Shown here piece by piece: positions 14,643 to 26,749 of a DNA stretch of 64,000 nucleotides. The stretch covers positions 210,366,001 to 210,430,000 of the forward strand of contig OX597814.1 in assembly GCA_951406725.2 (NCBI GenBank), given 5' to 3'. How positions within the stretch are numbered: position 1 is the stretch's first letter; the number at the start of each line of letters is the position of its first letter. Both the position numbers and the translations under genes were made by a program. The notes beneath the pieces were generated by a model. The model saw nothing but the letters and a program-made list of their open reading frames with translations. It did no database searches and was not told the origin of the DNA. This stretch comes from Octopus vulgaris. Lineage: Eukaryota.

Positions 14643-16209
14643 TTATCACGATTCATTAATGCGAATTCTCTGTGGATTTTTTATTATTGTTGAAAGAATT
14701 TATAAATAGTACGAATATTGTTTGTCAGAAGATGATTAACAAACGGATAAAATACCCGCTGAGCTCTGTCTAATTACTTTTAATACATAACCAGTAATGT
14801 ACAGATAACTGAAGAAATGTTCCTAAAATATAGTTCAACCACTATTTCAACCAAAAGAAAGTAGAGTTTTTCTCTTTATTTTTGCTTAAATATTTATCAT
14901 AGAAATGTTCATATATGTCTATTGTAAATGAATGATGTTCTTTGTATCTGTTTTTTACTCCCTTCAGTTCTTAGCCGTCATGTTGTGTGGCGTGGTGGTG
15001 ACTGTTATTGTTCCGTTTGTGTTTTCTGTTGAGAGTCGGTCTGTCTATGCGGTGGATGAAGTTCATCCACCGCATGCAGTTCTCTGGATCAACCAAAGAG
15101 ACAGGATTAGAGTGTACAAAGGAACCAGGGCTAAGGGGATCTTGCCCGCTATACAGGAGTTAATCCTCGAACAGCTCAGAAAGGACCGGCAAACAGATAG
15201 ATAATTCCAAATCATTGTATGACAACATGAAAAATCAGTGTCATGTTCGCTAATGCTACTCCTGGCGACGAACTTGCCTACGTTTTAGAAAAACATTAAA
15301 TAAGGCCAATCTACGGATTAAAGTAATAGAAGGGCTTGGTGCTCCTATAAAATCCATGATCTGTAGAAATTATCCCTTCGATAGGTCCCCATGTACGGAG
15401 CACAATTGTATTGTATTCAGGTTGAACCCACAGGTTAGAAATATAGTGTATATCTTAGGATGTACTTAGGGGCGGTGCAGAAGCTTGACAACTACTTCCA
15501 TTGAAGAGACAGCTCGCAGCATAGGAGAGCGTATAGGTGAACACTGGCGCGAGTTCAAGGAAGAGAAAGGCTCGTCAGTGCTCTACGAACATGATCAAGC
15601 CGGACATAGAGGTTCAGTCAATAGCACAGAGGTTAAAGTATTATTAAGGTCGCAGTGGCGACATACATAGCAATAGACAGAGAACACGAATGGAGCAATA
15701 ACACCCACCTACACTTCACTACAAGATGAACAAAGAGTGAAGGGGTAAAACAAACAGATACAAACAGCGTAATTACACATCCAATAAACATATATGCACA
15801 TTCCTATGACACATATAAAATCCACAAATTAGAGACAAAAGAACTATATAAAGGTACTGTTACATAAAACAAAGGAAGCGAACTCTCTCTCTCTCACACA
15901 CACACATGTAAGCACAGGCATACAAACACAGATACATGCACATATAAGGATACTCAACATAGAAAAGAGCGGAATAAGCAGAGCAAGAACACACACGAAG
16001 ACGGAGTGTTGCTAAGGAGGTCACATATGTGTGAAGAAGGATTTCCGGTCAATGGACATGAGTCAGAATAAGAACAGCAATAAACGCGTGAAGAACGAAT
16101 ATATAATGCGTGGTTTTTTTGGCAAAAAAGAAAAAAAATTGACCATCCCGAAATACAACAACATCTGTTTCGACACAAGACACCAATCTTGTAGCAAAAA
16201 TTCATAAAC

Positions 16210-16254
<45 letters not shown>

Positions 16255-16350
16255 CAGGATTCATTAATGCGAATTCTTTGTGGATTTTTTTTTATTGTTG
16301 AAAGAATTTTTTAATTTATAAAAAAGTACGAATAGTTTTTGCTAGAAGAT
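14643..16350 (+). mobile_element. Penelope-like element remnant (linker plus GIY-YIG endonuclease, 15120-15700) bracketed by ~90-bp direct repeats
   Basis: Translation ATPGDELA..LRIKVIEGLG..NYPFDRSPCTEHNC..NIVYILGC..C..SIEETARSIGERIGEH..SSVLYEH fits a Cys-rich linker plus GIY-YIG domain (VY..C / YIGET.R...R..EH); direct repeats at 14643-14733 and 16251-16350. Confidence 0.75.
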
Positions 16351-17625
16351 ATATGTATGTATAATATATTTCTATACGTATATGTAGCATACGTGTATGT
16401 AGGCTACCAAACACATATATGTGTTTGTTAGCCTATGAGACGTGCGCAAGAATTATAACCAAATATATGGTATATTACAATGCTACGTTAGGATCAAATT
16501 TAAATTGCTTACACGGTATTCTGTTGTGCAAATAAGAGTACACATGTTTCTATTTATTTGAGCCTTATATCCGGTATAACATCATTGCAAAGAGGGACAA
16601 AATAGTTTTCAGTCATTTACTGACAGATCACAAAACTATTACAAGTACGACAGTCAGTAACCCTTTTGTATTGGATATAATATAGAAAAGTATTACAGTC
16701 TACATGTTGAGAGTAGAGACGTTGAGTGTGTACCTCATCACACTGCGATTACTTCTATAATCTATAAAATTGAATCAAGCGATGTCTTCACGCCCATTTG
16801 TCACTTAATACACCGATCACGTGAAACTATTGTGGTTTGATCGTGATATCAGCTGGGCTTCCTATGTTTCGGTTTTGAATCATCGCTACCGACATATACA
16901 TACATGATACATACATAAAGACAAACATGCATACATATATTACGCACATGTCTGCACACGCACACATGCGCACACATTTTTCTATGTGTGCGCGTGTAAT
17001 TGCATAACATAATGTGCAACCTCCTCTTTGCATATTTTTCTCTACATCAATTAACATACCATACGTTTTGTAGCACCTTCAACATTATCCATTTCTTGAG
17101 TTTGATCTTCATTTCCTTTGCATTTCTTTTTACAATGCCTGGTTTCATAAGGCTCCTTTCTTAGGTTTTTAGACCCCCATTTAATCAAATATTGTAAAAT
17201 TGTTCTTCGTGCTGTTGATCAGTGACCTATGCGGTTAAAACTTTGGTCACTCGGCACTGAGCCATGCATATTGTTATAAAGATAATGAATACAATCTTAT
17301 TTCCAAAATATGCACATACACGATATCTCACTACGTTAAATTATAAAAGCATGACATCAACAATTGCGCTAATAAGAAAACGAGAATATACAGTGCATTC
17401 CATTCATTGGGTTTTATATAAATAATATTAGGATACCATCACTCATTGTCAAACGAATGAAGTAAAACTACCTATGATCTTGTTTAACATGAGCCATTAG
17501 AGTTACTTTTCTCTCCGTTTCGCGAAGAGAGTCATATAGACTAATTAAGGGTTCTATTGTTTATCAACATTAATGCACGTGAATTTTCTGAGAATTCCTC
17601 CATCCAAATATCCACCCGACCAACG

Positions 17626-17718
17626 ATGTATGTATGTATGTATCTGTCTCTCTATCTATCTGTCTCTCTGTCTATCTATCTATTTATCTATCTATCTATC
17701 CATCCATCCATCTATCTA

Positions 17719-17765
<47 letters not shown>

Positions 17766-17892
17766 GTCTGTCTGTCTGTATGTCTGTCTCTCTGTGTTTG
17801 TATGTATGTATGTATGTATGTATGTATGTACGTATGTATGTATGTATGTATGTATGTATGTATGTATGTATGTATGTATGTATCTATGTATC
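17626..17892. repeat. Compound (TATC)n/(TA)n/(TGTA)n microsatellite
   Basis: Directly visible. Confidence 0.95.
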
Positions 17893-18639
17893 TACCAACA
17901 TACATAGAAATTAGTGCATGTATGTTATGTGTATGTACAGATGGGAGAAATAGAGAAAGAGGTATACTGAGAGGGAGATATAGAAAGAAATATAAGAAAA
18001 GTAAGAAACAAGGGGAATAAAGCTAGCAAATTTGTTTGTTTAAAATTTTCAAAATGTATCTTTGGAGGAATGGGTGCAACAGTGAATATATGTATCCTCA
18101 ATAACGGAAAGTGAAACAAACAAGGACGGCAATGAGAAGGAGAAGGAGGAGAGGGAGAAGGGAGGAGAAGAGATAAGTGAGGAGAAAATACAGACCATTA
18201 ATGAGAAAGACCGTTGTGACTTTTGGACATAACGTGTGTAGTTACAATTAGAACTTTTGAATTTGTAGTGCAAAATTTAAGCAAGGATTAGGTTTTAAAA
18301 TGTGATGCAGAAAAATGTTCCATGTAAAAATATGGATTGTAAAATGCTGAAATGCGTTAAATGTAATTAAAATTGTCATTAATCATACGATATGGATAAA
18401 GTGTTGAAATCACAAACTTTAAAAAATTTTCACGGAGTATATTTGCTAAAGTGGGAAGAGAAAGAAATCAGAATGGATATCTATTAATGAAGGACATTAA
18501 TTTAGTATACAAGATAAGGAAAGTATAAAATTCACTTTCTTCTTATCCAAAAGTTATGTAAATTTAATATATATAGAAAGGCTGAGGAGTGGGTATTTCA
18601 TAAGGAATAAGAAAGAAGATATAATATTGTGTTGCGCTA

Positions 18640-19345
18640 AAAGCTTTACAATATTTTGGTAAATTATTTGCTTAATTCCCAAGGTTCCAACAAAAGCAGA
18701 TTGGCATTCAAAGTAGAGACCATCGTTTTGCACCATCTGAAGTAGCCAACTTTCTGTTAGCTCTTTGATCTTACGTTCATTGCAAGTTACTGTCCTCCTC
18801 CGGGGCGAAATACACCTGCACTGAAGCTTCCACCTCGTCTTGTTTGATGAAACGTCACCAGTAGAATATGTGAACGATGGATCGGAACAAGTAATAATCG
18901 TAGGGAAATATTTTTCCTGGGTCCTAACGTGCATTAGCAGTGGTTAAGGAGATACAAGCTTCCGGAACCTGTCGCCAAATACAGGCGTTTTGAATACGAG
19001 GTAATGCTCTGAGTCTGATGGAAAATTATAAGTGGATAATTCGCTGCGAGTTCATTCCGGACAGTCAGACCATCGATGCCAACTTGCACCCCGAACAGCT
19101 GGAGCGGGTGCATATCTTTGTGTGGCAGATATACCTGGTGTTGGTTATTAGAAAGTGAGATCTGAAGCAAGAAAATAAGCTCCAGGAACTGAACTGATTA
19201 TTATTTGCTCAGATATGTGGCTCAATCTCTGCTCTCGTGACACTTCATCAACCAAGAGGAAATGGAAACTTCAATGAAGGAGTTCTTCGCCTCGAATGAC
19301 AAGAACTGGTATCAGCGTGAGATCAAAGAACTGGCAGAAAAGAAA
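18640..19345 (+). mobile_element. Rearranged mariner transposase remnant
   Basis: Plus strand: QWL..LPEPVAK..VML*V*W..EFIPDSQTIDANL..QLERV and TDYYLLR..EMETSMKEFFASNDKNWYQREIKELAE. An extra C-terminal piece (KIKELTESWLLQMVQNDGLYFE) lies inverted at 18700-18780. Confidence 0.75.
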
Positions 19346-19925
19346 TGAATCGAGAATCTTAAATCGGAAATTTCAAACAATGCCATCTAGAGATGAAATT
19401 ATAGAACAAACTACGCATATTAAACATTAGAACAAACAATGCATTCGCAAGAAACCAAGTTCGCTAATGAAATCCTCACACGGGATAAAACAATTATCTA
19501 CCCATATCTATGACACAAGGATAGAAGAACCATTTCGAACAATCAAAACAAAATGAAACTGTGGGCTCTTCATCTTGGTATTACATGTAGAATTGAACAA
19601 CTCATATCACGACAAATATATTTTACATATACGGAACACTAATCTAAATTCGCTTTTAAAATATGACTTCCATATCTTTATTAGCCCGAAAACAAAACTG
19701 GCATACAGTCATATTCATAAACCAGAATTAAATAGTATAATATTATCCGTATTCCATAATCAACAAAGCTTTAATCTGTAACGGCGCATTGACATCAAGG
19801 GCAATAATCAGCAGCCGATTAAAAAATATCTGAGGCATTCTAATGTTTCAGAATAATGCCATTGGGGTTAAATATAGAAGTAACGTCGGTTCGTACAGAG
19901 AAGACAAGTGGAAGTGGTGACAAAC

Positions 19926-19962
<37 letters not shown>

Positions 19963-20158
19963 ACCGCATTTAGACAAAAGCGCTATTCGAATGGCCACTA
20001 ATTAAGGTAAGGGGGTAAAAAGTTCATAGTATAGGCGTAAGCGCGCCTGTTCATACCCACATATATATAAATAGATGAGTTTATTTTTACCTTGTTAACA
20101 ATTCGAAACGTGTCGAAAGTAAAAAATATTTGATTTACACCTGCGTTAAATTTATTTA

Positions 20159-20254
<96 letters not shown>

Positions 20255-20308
20255 TGAATTGAAGAAATGGAGTTGAACGAAGATTGAACAGAATTCCTTT
20301 TATTGCAG

Positions 20309-20386
20309 TCTACACATGTTTCAAAAGCCACAATTTTCCAAATTCTGATTAAATAAGGATACCATATTGTGGCTTTCTCTTCAGGA
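20309..20386 (-). ncRNA. Type I hammerhead ribozyme motif, core intact, stem I weak
   Basis: Minus strand: tc CTGAAGA gaaagccacaat...attgtggctttt GAAA C atgt G TA ga; 12-bp stem II, 2-bp stem III, GUA site, only 2 bp of stem I. Confidence 0.65.
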
Positions 20387-20391
20387 AAAGA

Positions 20392-20556
20392 ATAGGAATT
20401 CCGTTGGCAGAACAAAACAGAACAGAGGCGCAGCAAAGGAATTTGAACGAGGAGGCTCTTTAAGAGCCCATGGCTGTTCAGCTCTTAAAGAGCCTCCTCG
20501 TTCAAATTGCTTTGCTGCGCCTCTTTTCTGTTTTGTTCTGCCAACGGAATTCCTAT
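20392..20556. repeat. 76-bp-arm hairpin (2 mismatches, 13-nt loop)
   Basis: 20392-20467 is the reverse complement of 20481-20556. Confidence 0.95.
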
Positions 20557-20840
20557 ATGAGAGATGTCATCGCAGAGTATACTCGCAGCAAGTATAGATG
20601 GGCTGGGCACGTCGCCCGGCTCACCGATAATCGGTGGACGCACGCAGTTAACGAGTGGTACCCGCGTGAGCGGAAAAGACCACCCGGAAGTCCTCCACGA
20701 CGGTGGAGTGACGATTTCAAGAGGATGATTGGGATCACGTGGATGAGAAAGGCGCGATCCAGAGAGGAGTGGACAGCGCGTTGTGACCAGCGGTGGCAAA
20801 TGGACGCCTGACGGACTGGTCGGTCAAAGTGATCAAGTGA
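20557..20840 (+). mobile_element. RTE-clade LINE, 5'-truncated 3' end
   Basis: Intact frame RSKYRWAGHVARLTDNRWTHAVNEWYPRERKRPPGSPPRRWSDD...REEW, the typical RTE ORF C-terminus; short repeat tail (caaagtgatcaagtgat). Confidence 0.9.
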
Positions 20841-21149
20841 TATATATATACATATATATATATGTATTTATATATAGGTATATATATATATATATATCAT
20901 GCACACACACATATATATATGTATATATGTATATATATATATCTGAAATGATGGATGAATGTATGCGTACGCACGGGAGTGTGCGGGCGACATGTGTAGT
21001 TATCAACAGGCGCGCTTAGACATATACTATGAACTTTTTACCCCCTTACCTTAATTAGTGGCCATTCGAATAGCGCTTTTGTCTAAATGCGGTCAATAAC
21101 ACAGTAATTTCCTCTTGTATAACGGTAATTTTTCATAGCGTTTTTCCGA

Positions 21150-21223
21150 TGGCCGGATAACTGAAGAGATGGTGGTGTGGATTTCCACCTCGGCATCCGA
21201 AACTCAGAGTTTTATCTTGGCTA
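21150..21223 (+). ncRNA. Type I hammerhead ribozyme motif
   Basis: tggccggataa CTGAAGA gatg..catc c GAAA ctc a gag TT ttatct t ggcta; stem I ~11 bp with a bulge, stem II with one extra C, near-palindromic stem III, GUU site. Confidence 0.65.
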
Positions 21224-21415
21224 CCAAATAATTGTCACATATTACATTTACAGATGAATTCCTCTATTTACATAATATTGAGGTCTCTTTCTTTCATTTC
21301 TTATCTTACCGTTACACGCACATCGAACGGCTTTTAGAATTGCCCTCCTAAAAACCAATGTACTTTTTCTTCGCAATTATGTTGTCTTCGACCATTGTTA
21401 TAATTTCGGCTTCAT

Positions 21416-21473
21416 TATCAACAGCGTTTATGAAACAGGAGTGATCAAGAGGCTGAGCTTCATCGTCAGGACA
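21416..21473 (-). ncRNA. Degenerate hammerhead motif (GAAA changed to TAAA)
   Basis: Minus strand: tgtc CTGACGA tgaagc...gtttca TAAA C gct G TT gata; all three stems form but G12 is mutated. Confidence 0.45.
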
Positions 21474-21710
21474 GTTTCAACTAGGTGTGACCTGTTGGTG
21501 TGACCTACGTGTGGCAATATCCTTTATAAGAGAAATCTACCTTGAAAATGCTTATTCAAGCTAAGATCATTAAATTTTTGTGGAGAAAGCAAGGGAATTT
21601 GTACGACAACAAAGACGAAAAAAAAGCAGAAAATACTACACAATTACAAATTCAAACAACAAGAACAGTTGTCTTTTTGCAATTTTCTTAATGTTTTATA
21701 TATGTATATA

Positions 21711-22898
21711 TCAGTTGAGTAAAAAGTAAGCAACAGTTTGAACTATGAAGAATGTGAACCGGATTTTTGCACAGTTTTGAATATTTTTAATTATCTGATA
21801 ATACAGACATAGACTAGCCCAAATACATCTATTAATTAGCATTGATTTTTTTATGCCTTTGTTACAATAATCTGAAATGGTACTGTCAAAGCGCGATATT
21901 CGAGCAATTTTCCCATTCAAATGAATCTGTTCGCGATATCAATGAAACGTTTGGCAAGGAAATGTCCAATAAGTGGTCAGCTCGAAAATGGTTTAAACGA
22001 TTTTGCAGTGGAGACCTGAGGCTTGAATATCGTGAGCGTAGTGGACGCCCATCAGTCATCGATAAAGATCAATGAAAGACCATCATTGAGAAAGATCCAC
22101 GGAAAACCACTCGAGATCTTGCAAAAGAACTTAGAACTTAGCCAGAAAACTGACTGCAACCATTTGCATGCGATCGGAAAATCAAAAAGACTCGATAAGT
22201 GGGTTGCAAAGATCTGAAATTTACTCGTCGTTTCTTCTTCGTGACCAGACCGAACTAATTCTAGACCGTATTGTAATTTATGTTGAAAAGTGGGTTCTGT
22301 ACATAATAAAAAACGTTCTTCGCAGTGGTTGGACCAATATGAAGTCCTGGAAACTTTCTCGAAACTTAAGCACTTAAAAAAGAAAGTTTATGGTGACTAT
22401 TTGGTGGTGTACTGCTGGACGCATCTAGTATGAAACCATTACTGCAGAAACATAGTACCATGAATTTGCCGAAATGAATAAAAAAATACTTCTACTCATT
22501 CGTCCCACACTGGTAAACAAAAGAGGGTTACTCATGCTCCATGACAATGATCGACCATGTGTTTCACTAATGAGACTCCACAAGTTAATAGAACTTGACT
22601 ACGAAGTTCTTCCACACCCAGCTTATTCCTCAGACCTTTCACCTACCGAATACCACTTTTTCAAGCACCTTGATCGTTTCCTGCGAGAGAAGGAGTCCAA
22701 AAATCAAACAGGTGCTGACAGTGCGTTCAAAGATTTCATCAACTCCAGATTTTTTTACCGGAATAAACAAACTTGTAACTCGTTGGCAAAAATGCGTTGA
22801 TTGTTAAAGAACTTACTTTGATGAACAAACTTTCCTCATTTTTGAAATATATTGTGATGAATTTCATGTTTCAAAACGTTGCTTAGTTTTTACTCAGC

Positions 22899-22902
<4 letters not shown>
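21711..22902 (+). mobile_element. mariner (DD34D-type) transposon, near full length, pseudogenised
   Basis: TIRs tcag(g)ttgagtaaaaagtaagcaac / gttgcttagtttttactcagcctga flanked by TA; motifs WFKRFCSGD, RSGRPS, KWV, ILDRIVIYVEKWVLY, LHDNDRP, HPAYSSDLSPTEYHFF, GINKLVTRWQKCVD. Confidence 0.93.
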
Positions 22903-22940
<38 letters not shown>

Positions 22941-23111
22941 TATATATGGGTGTGTGTGATTGTGTATAGAAGAATATATTAATAAAAATAATTCCAACCT
23001 TGTCTGATTTTCACGTTTTATTTACAATCTTATAATGATATATTATAAGATAATATATTATAATTGAATAAAATAAAATGAAATAGTAGAATGTTAAATA
23101 TTCATTCTGAT

Positions 23112-23156
23112 TGAACTAGTACTTTCATGCATTGAATTCTGCAATCTTCGGGTTCA
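23112..23156 (-). ncRNA. Minimal hammerhead motif, U4-to-C variant
   Basis: Minus strand: tgaac CCGAAGA ttgca gaattcaa tgcat GAAA gtac TA gttca; 5-bp stem I and palindromic GTAC in stem III. Confidence 0.55.
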
Positions 23157-23290
23157 TGTAGTAGTGTTGACAGTCATGCTTCACAATTATATTTATAAAT
23201 CAGGATAATATTGATATTTAAATATCGATATTATCAAGTGGCCAGCATGGGAATAAATACCACACAAAAATAATTTTTTCACAACTATAA

Positions 23291-23459
23291 ATAAGGGTAT
23301 CTGAGAGACACCACCATGCCGAAATAGCAGTCAAAACCCTGACTCTAAAGAACACCTATAATGTTCATATCATATGGTGCGATATGAACATTTTAGGTGG
23401 TTTTTAGAGTCAGGGTTTTGACTGCTATTGCGCCATGGTGGTGTCTCTCAGATACCTTA

Positions 23460-23460
<1 letters not shown>
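23291..23460. repeat. ~80-bp-arm hairpin (9-nt loop, about 6 differences) ending in (TA)n
   Basis: 23291-23371 is the reverse complement of 23381-23460. Confidence 0.95.
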
Positions 23461-23523
<63 letters not shown>

Positions 23524-26466
23524 ATATATGTGTGTGTGTATATATATGTATGTATGCATATAATACGCGTATTAAAATGTGTACAAAATACAAAATATCC
23601 CACCAGTATATGAGATGGGAATTCTGATACGTTAATGAACGTATTAGAATGACTGATACCCAATTCTTATATCTTTAATTAACGAAAGCCGTATACTTAC
23701 CACATCAATAATTTGTGCCAGTGCCACTCCGAAGGTCACATTAAGAGCCTCTGAGAAATTTGACGATGGCCGAACTTGCTTGTTGTAATTTTTCATTAAA
23801 TCCCGCACCAAACGATACTCGTTTTCATCACATAAAGCTATACTTGCTGGAAATGAATATTGAAAGAAAAATAAAACCGTTAATACTGCAGTTTAATATA
23901 TAAAGCAAATTACAATATTCACTTTCATATGCACACATTTCTAGGGATAAATTTTAATTGTATTGTGCAAATGAATTTTATATCACGTATGGATTTTCTA
24001 CTATTGTTAGATCTCCATTGAGAATAGAACACTAATCATTTCTGGAAGGGTACAGAATACTTTAAGATACTTTTTTTCATTTCTTTCATTTGATCAGTTT
24101 TCTATAATCGAAATTAAAATATACGTTAACTTTCTGAAAAAATAACATCAATACAATTTATAGTTTTTCTGGTGTATACACATAAGAAAATGAAATTCAT
24201 TAAATCATTTATAATTTTTTATTATTCTGCTTCGACCATAATAAAAGTGTTGTTTCGTTTCAGAATTAGAAATGAGTATTATATCTACGTATATGAAATC
24301 ATAGCATCATAATAACATTTTTTTGTAAGTTTAAATTACATGATAAAAATAATGAGCGATTCAAGAGAAGTACAAAAAAATAATAATAATGCGTGAGAAC
24401 AGATCGATACAAAATTTACAAAGTTTCTTTAGCTGACATTGTTACTATTCGCATAGACAACAGCGAATGCTTGTTATATGTTGGGTAAAAATACCGACTT
24501 CAGAATCGTCTGCAAAACGGAAAATGTTACAGCATACTAAGAAGTGATAAGGTTATAAGTACCTTAGGAAGTTTCGAATATGAAAAATAGCTCAATAGTT
24601 TCAATGTACACTAAAGCATATCCATTTTGAAGAAAACTGAGAACATTCTTTTGTAAGGCTTGGATCATAAGTATATTGCCATATGGATTTACTATTATGT
24701 CAACAGTATTTCATATCTACTTTTTCAGCAGTATCGTTCTTATTGAAATATTTACGTTATAATATTCTGCCCATTGATGTTCGTATTCTGCAACGTTACT
24801 TGTTCTTAACTGACAAAATTAACATGCATCTCGCAGTTGAAATCCAATTTTGATTTTGAAATCAAGTTTCTGGTTTCGTACTTCACAAGCATATAATTTC
24901 CTATACTGAAAGTTTGACATGCATACGTATTTCATTTGAATACGAAAATGGCGGACATACAATGCACGCCATTTTCTTTAACATAAATTTACCTAGCTGG
25001 TAAAAATCAGTTATTTATAGTGACTTTTCTTTGTTCTGCATTTGATATTTATTTGATATTAAACATCGCATAATTAGAAAATGAAAAATTATATTGCATT
25101 CCTATAAAATTTAGTTAATAGTAAATTACATTTGCCGTTAAGAAATAGATGTAATTCGAATAAGAAATTCATTTGTGCAAATGTTGTACAACGTGGGTTA
25201 AAATATTAAAGCATATTTGTGCACCGGAATAATCATTACAGTGCATAGAATGAAACTTTGCCTTGAATGAATGTAAGTAAGACACTATCGAGTAATAAAT
25301 TTAGCAATTTGTATAGTGTACGTTATTGAAAAACTTTATAAGAGAGACAATTTTAAAGGTTTTTATTGTATTTTCGTTTATATTAATTGTCATACTATTT
25401 ATTTTAATATCTTCTGATGAATATTTCCTGATTAGTCGCTTTCATCTAGACCTTTTGCAATATTGATTTTGTAATTTGGTTTTTCATCAAGATGAAACTA
25501 ATAAATAAATAAATCTCAATGAAACAAAGACAGGGAAAAAGAATTATTATAAAGAAAAGATTTGATGTTATTTGTTTTCTCTCATCTATTTAATCGCATC
25601 AATAAATACAGGATATTGTTTGACCTTCATTGCAATCCATAGAAACTATTACTTGAAGCTCAAACATTACAAAGTTTTAATAAATAGCTTTTGTCCCCCG
25701 TGACATATTTAAACTTTTTCTCCTCGAAGCAAATTTAATTCCATAGTGAAATGATTAATGGTGAACAGTCACTTGGCTTGAAGCAAATAATAATTTTCTG
25801 TTGGCAAACGCAGAACCGGAAGTTTCGACGTTTCTGCTTCCTTTGCCACGAGAAATTTCTACAATATTTGAGCATCGTTTGTTGAAGCAGAAAGGAAGGA
25901 AACTCGGACACCTGCTACGCTGTCCATTCTGTCGAATGCCGTGTACGACGATTCTACTACATAATGATATTGTGTTAGTATTATGTTCAATTTATCTTGA
26001 TATTTTGATTGCTATCCATGTTGTTTTCCTTTTTGTTAGTTTACTTTAGTGAATTGCTTTTACATACGGCTTTATATATTCTGTAAATATTAGTGAGATA
26101 ATCATATTACGTGATTGTTATCAATGAATTTATAAATACTCTCAGCATCACACTATTCTTTTCTTGTAACTGATTCGTTTATTTAAATGAAATATACTAT
26201 TAAAAGTTTCGAGTGCTGCTTCATCTAAACTTTATAAGGATGTTTTCAAGAAAATCCGATTAACGCATCAGTCTCTGTGATACCGATATTTTCGTCTTCT
26301 CTGAAGATTATATATAAAAGTTAGTTGTAGTGAATATATGCATTGATACCTTACTTCTGTTATCATCCAAATGTTGCTTTCAAGTATTTTCATTGAATGA
26401 ACTGTATATAAATGCTGTCGTATATAAACAAATGCTTTGATGTTTTTCAATATCTTTCCCTCACTA

Positions 26467-26546
<80 letters not shown>

Positions 26547-26712
26547 CTCTGTCTATTTATCTATCTCTCTATCTATATATCTATCTATCTATCTATCTAT
26601 TTATCTAGCTAGCTAGCTAGCTCTCTCTCTCTCTCTATCAATATATCTATCTGTCACTCTGTCTATCTGCCCATCTATGTATCTATCTATGTATACCTAG
26701 CTACCTATATAG

Positions 26713-26746
<34 letters not shown>
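26467..26746. repeat. (TATC)n compound microsatellite
   Basis: Directly visible. Confidence 0.95.

Positions 26747-26749
<3 letters not shown>

Larger units (their letters stand above)
19958..21098. repeat. Inverted repeat pair, 76 bp identical (19958-20033 / 21023-21098) plus a ~30-bp imperfect inner extension
   Basis: tattgaccgcatttagacaaaagcgc...agttcatagtata against its exact reverse complement. Confidence 0.95.

Noticed and set aside
14805-14840. CTGAAGA...aaaatatagtt possible hammerhead
   Set aside because: No GAAA and no convincing stem I or II
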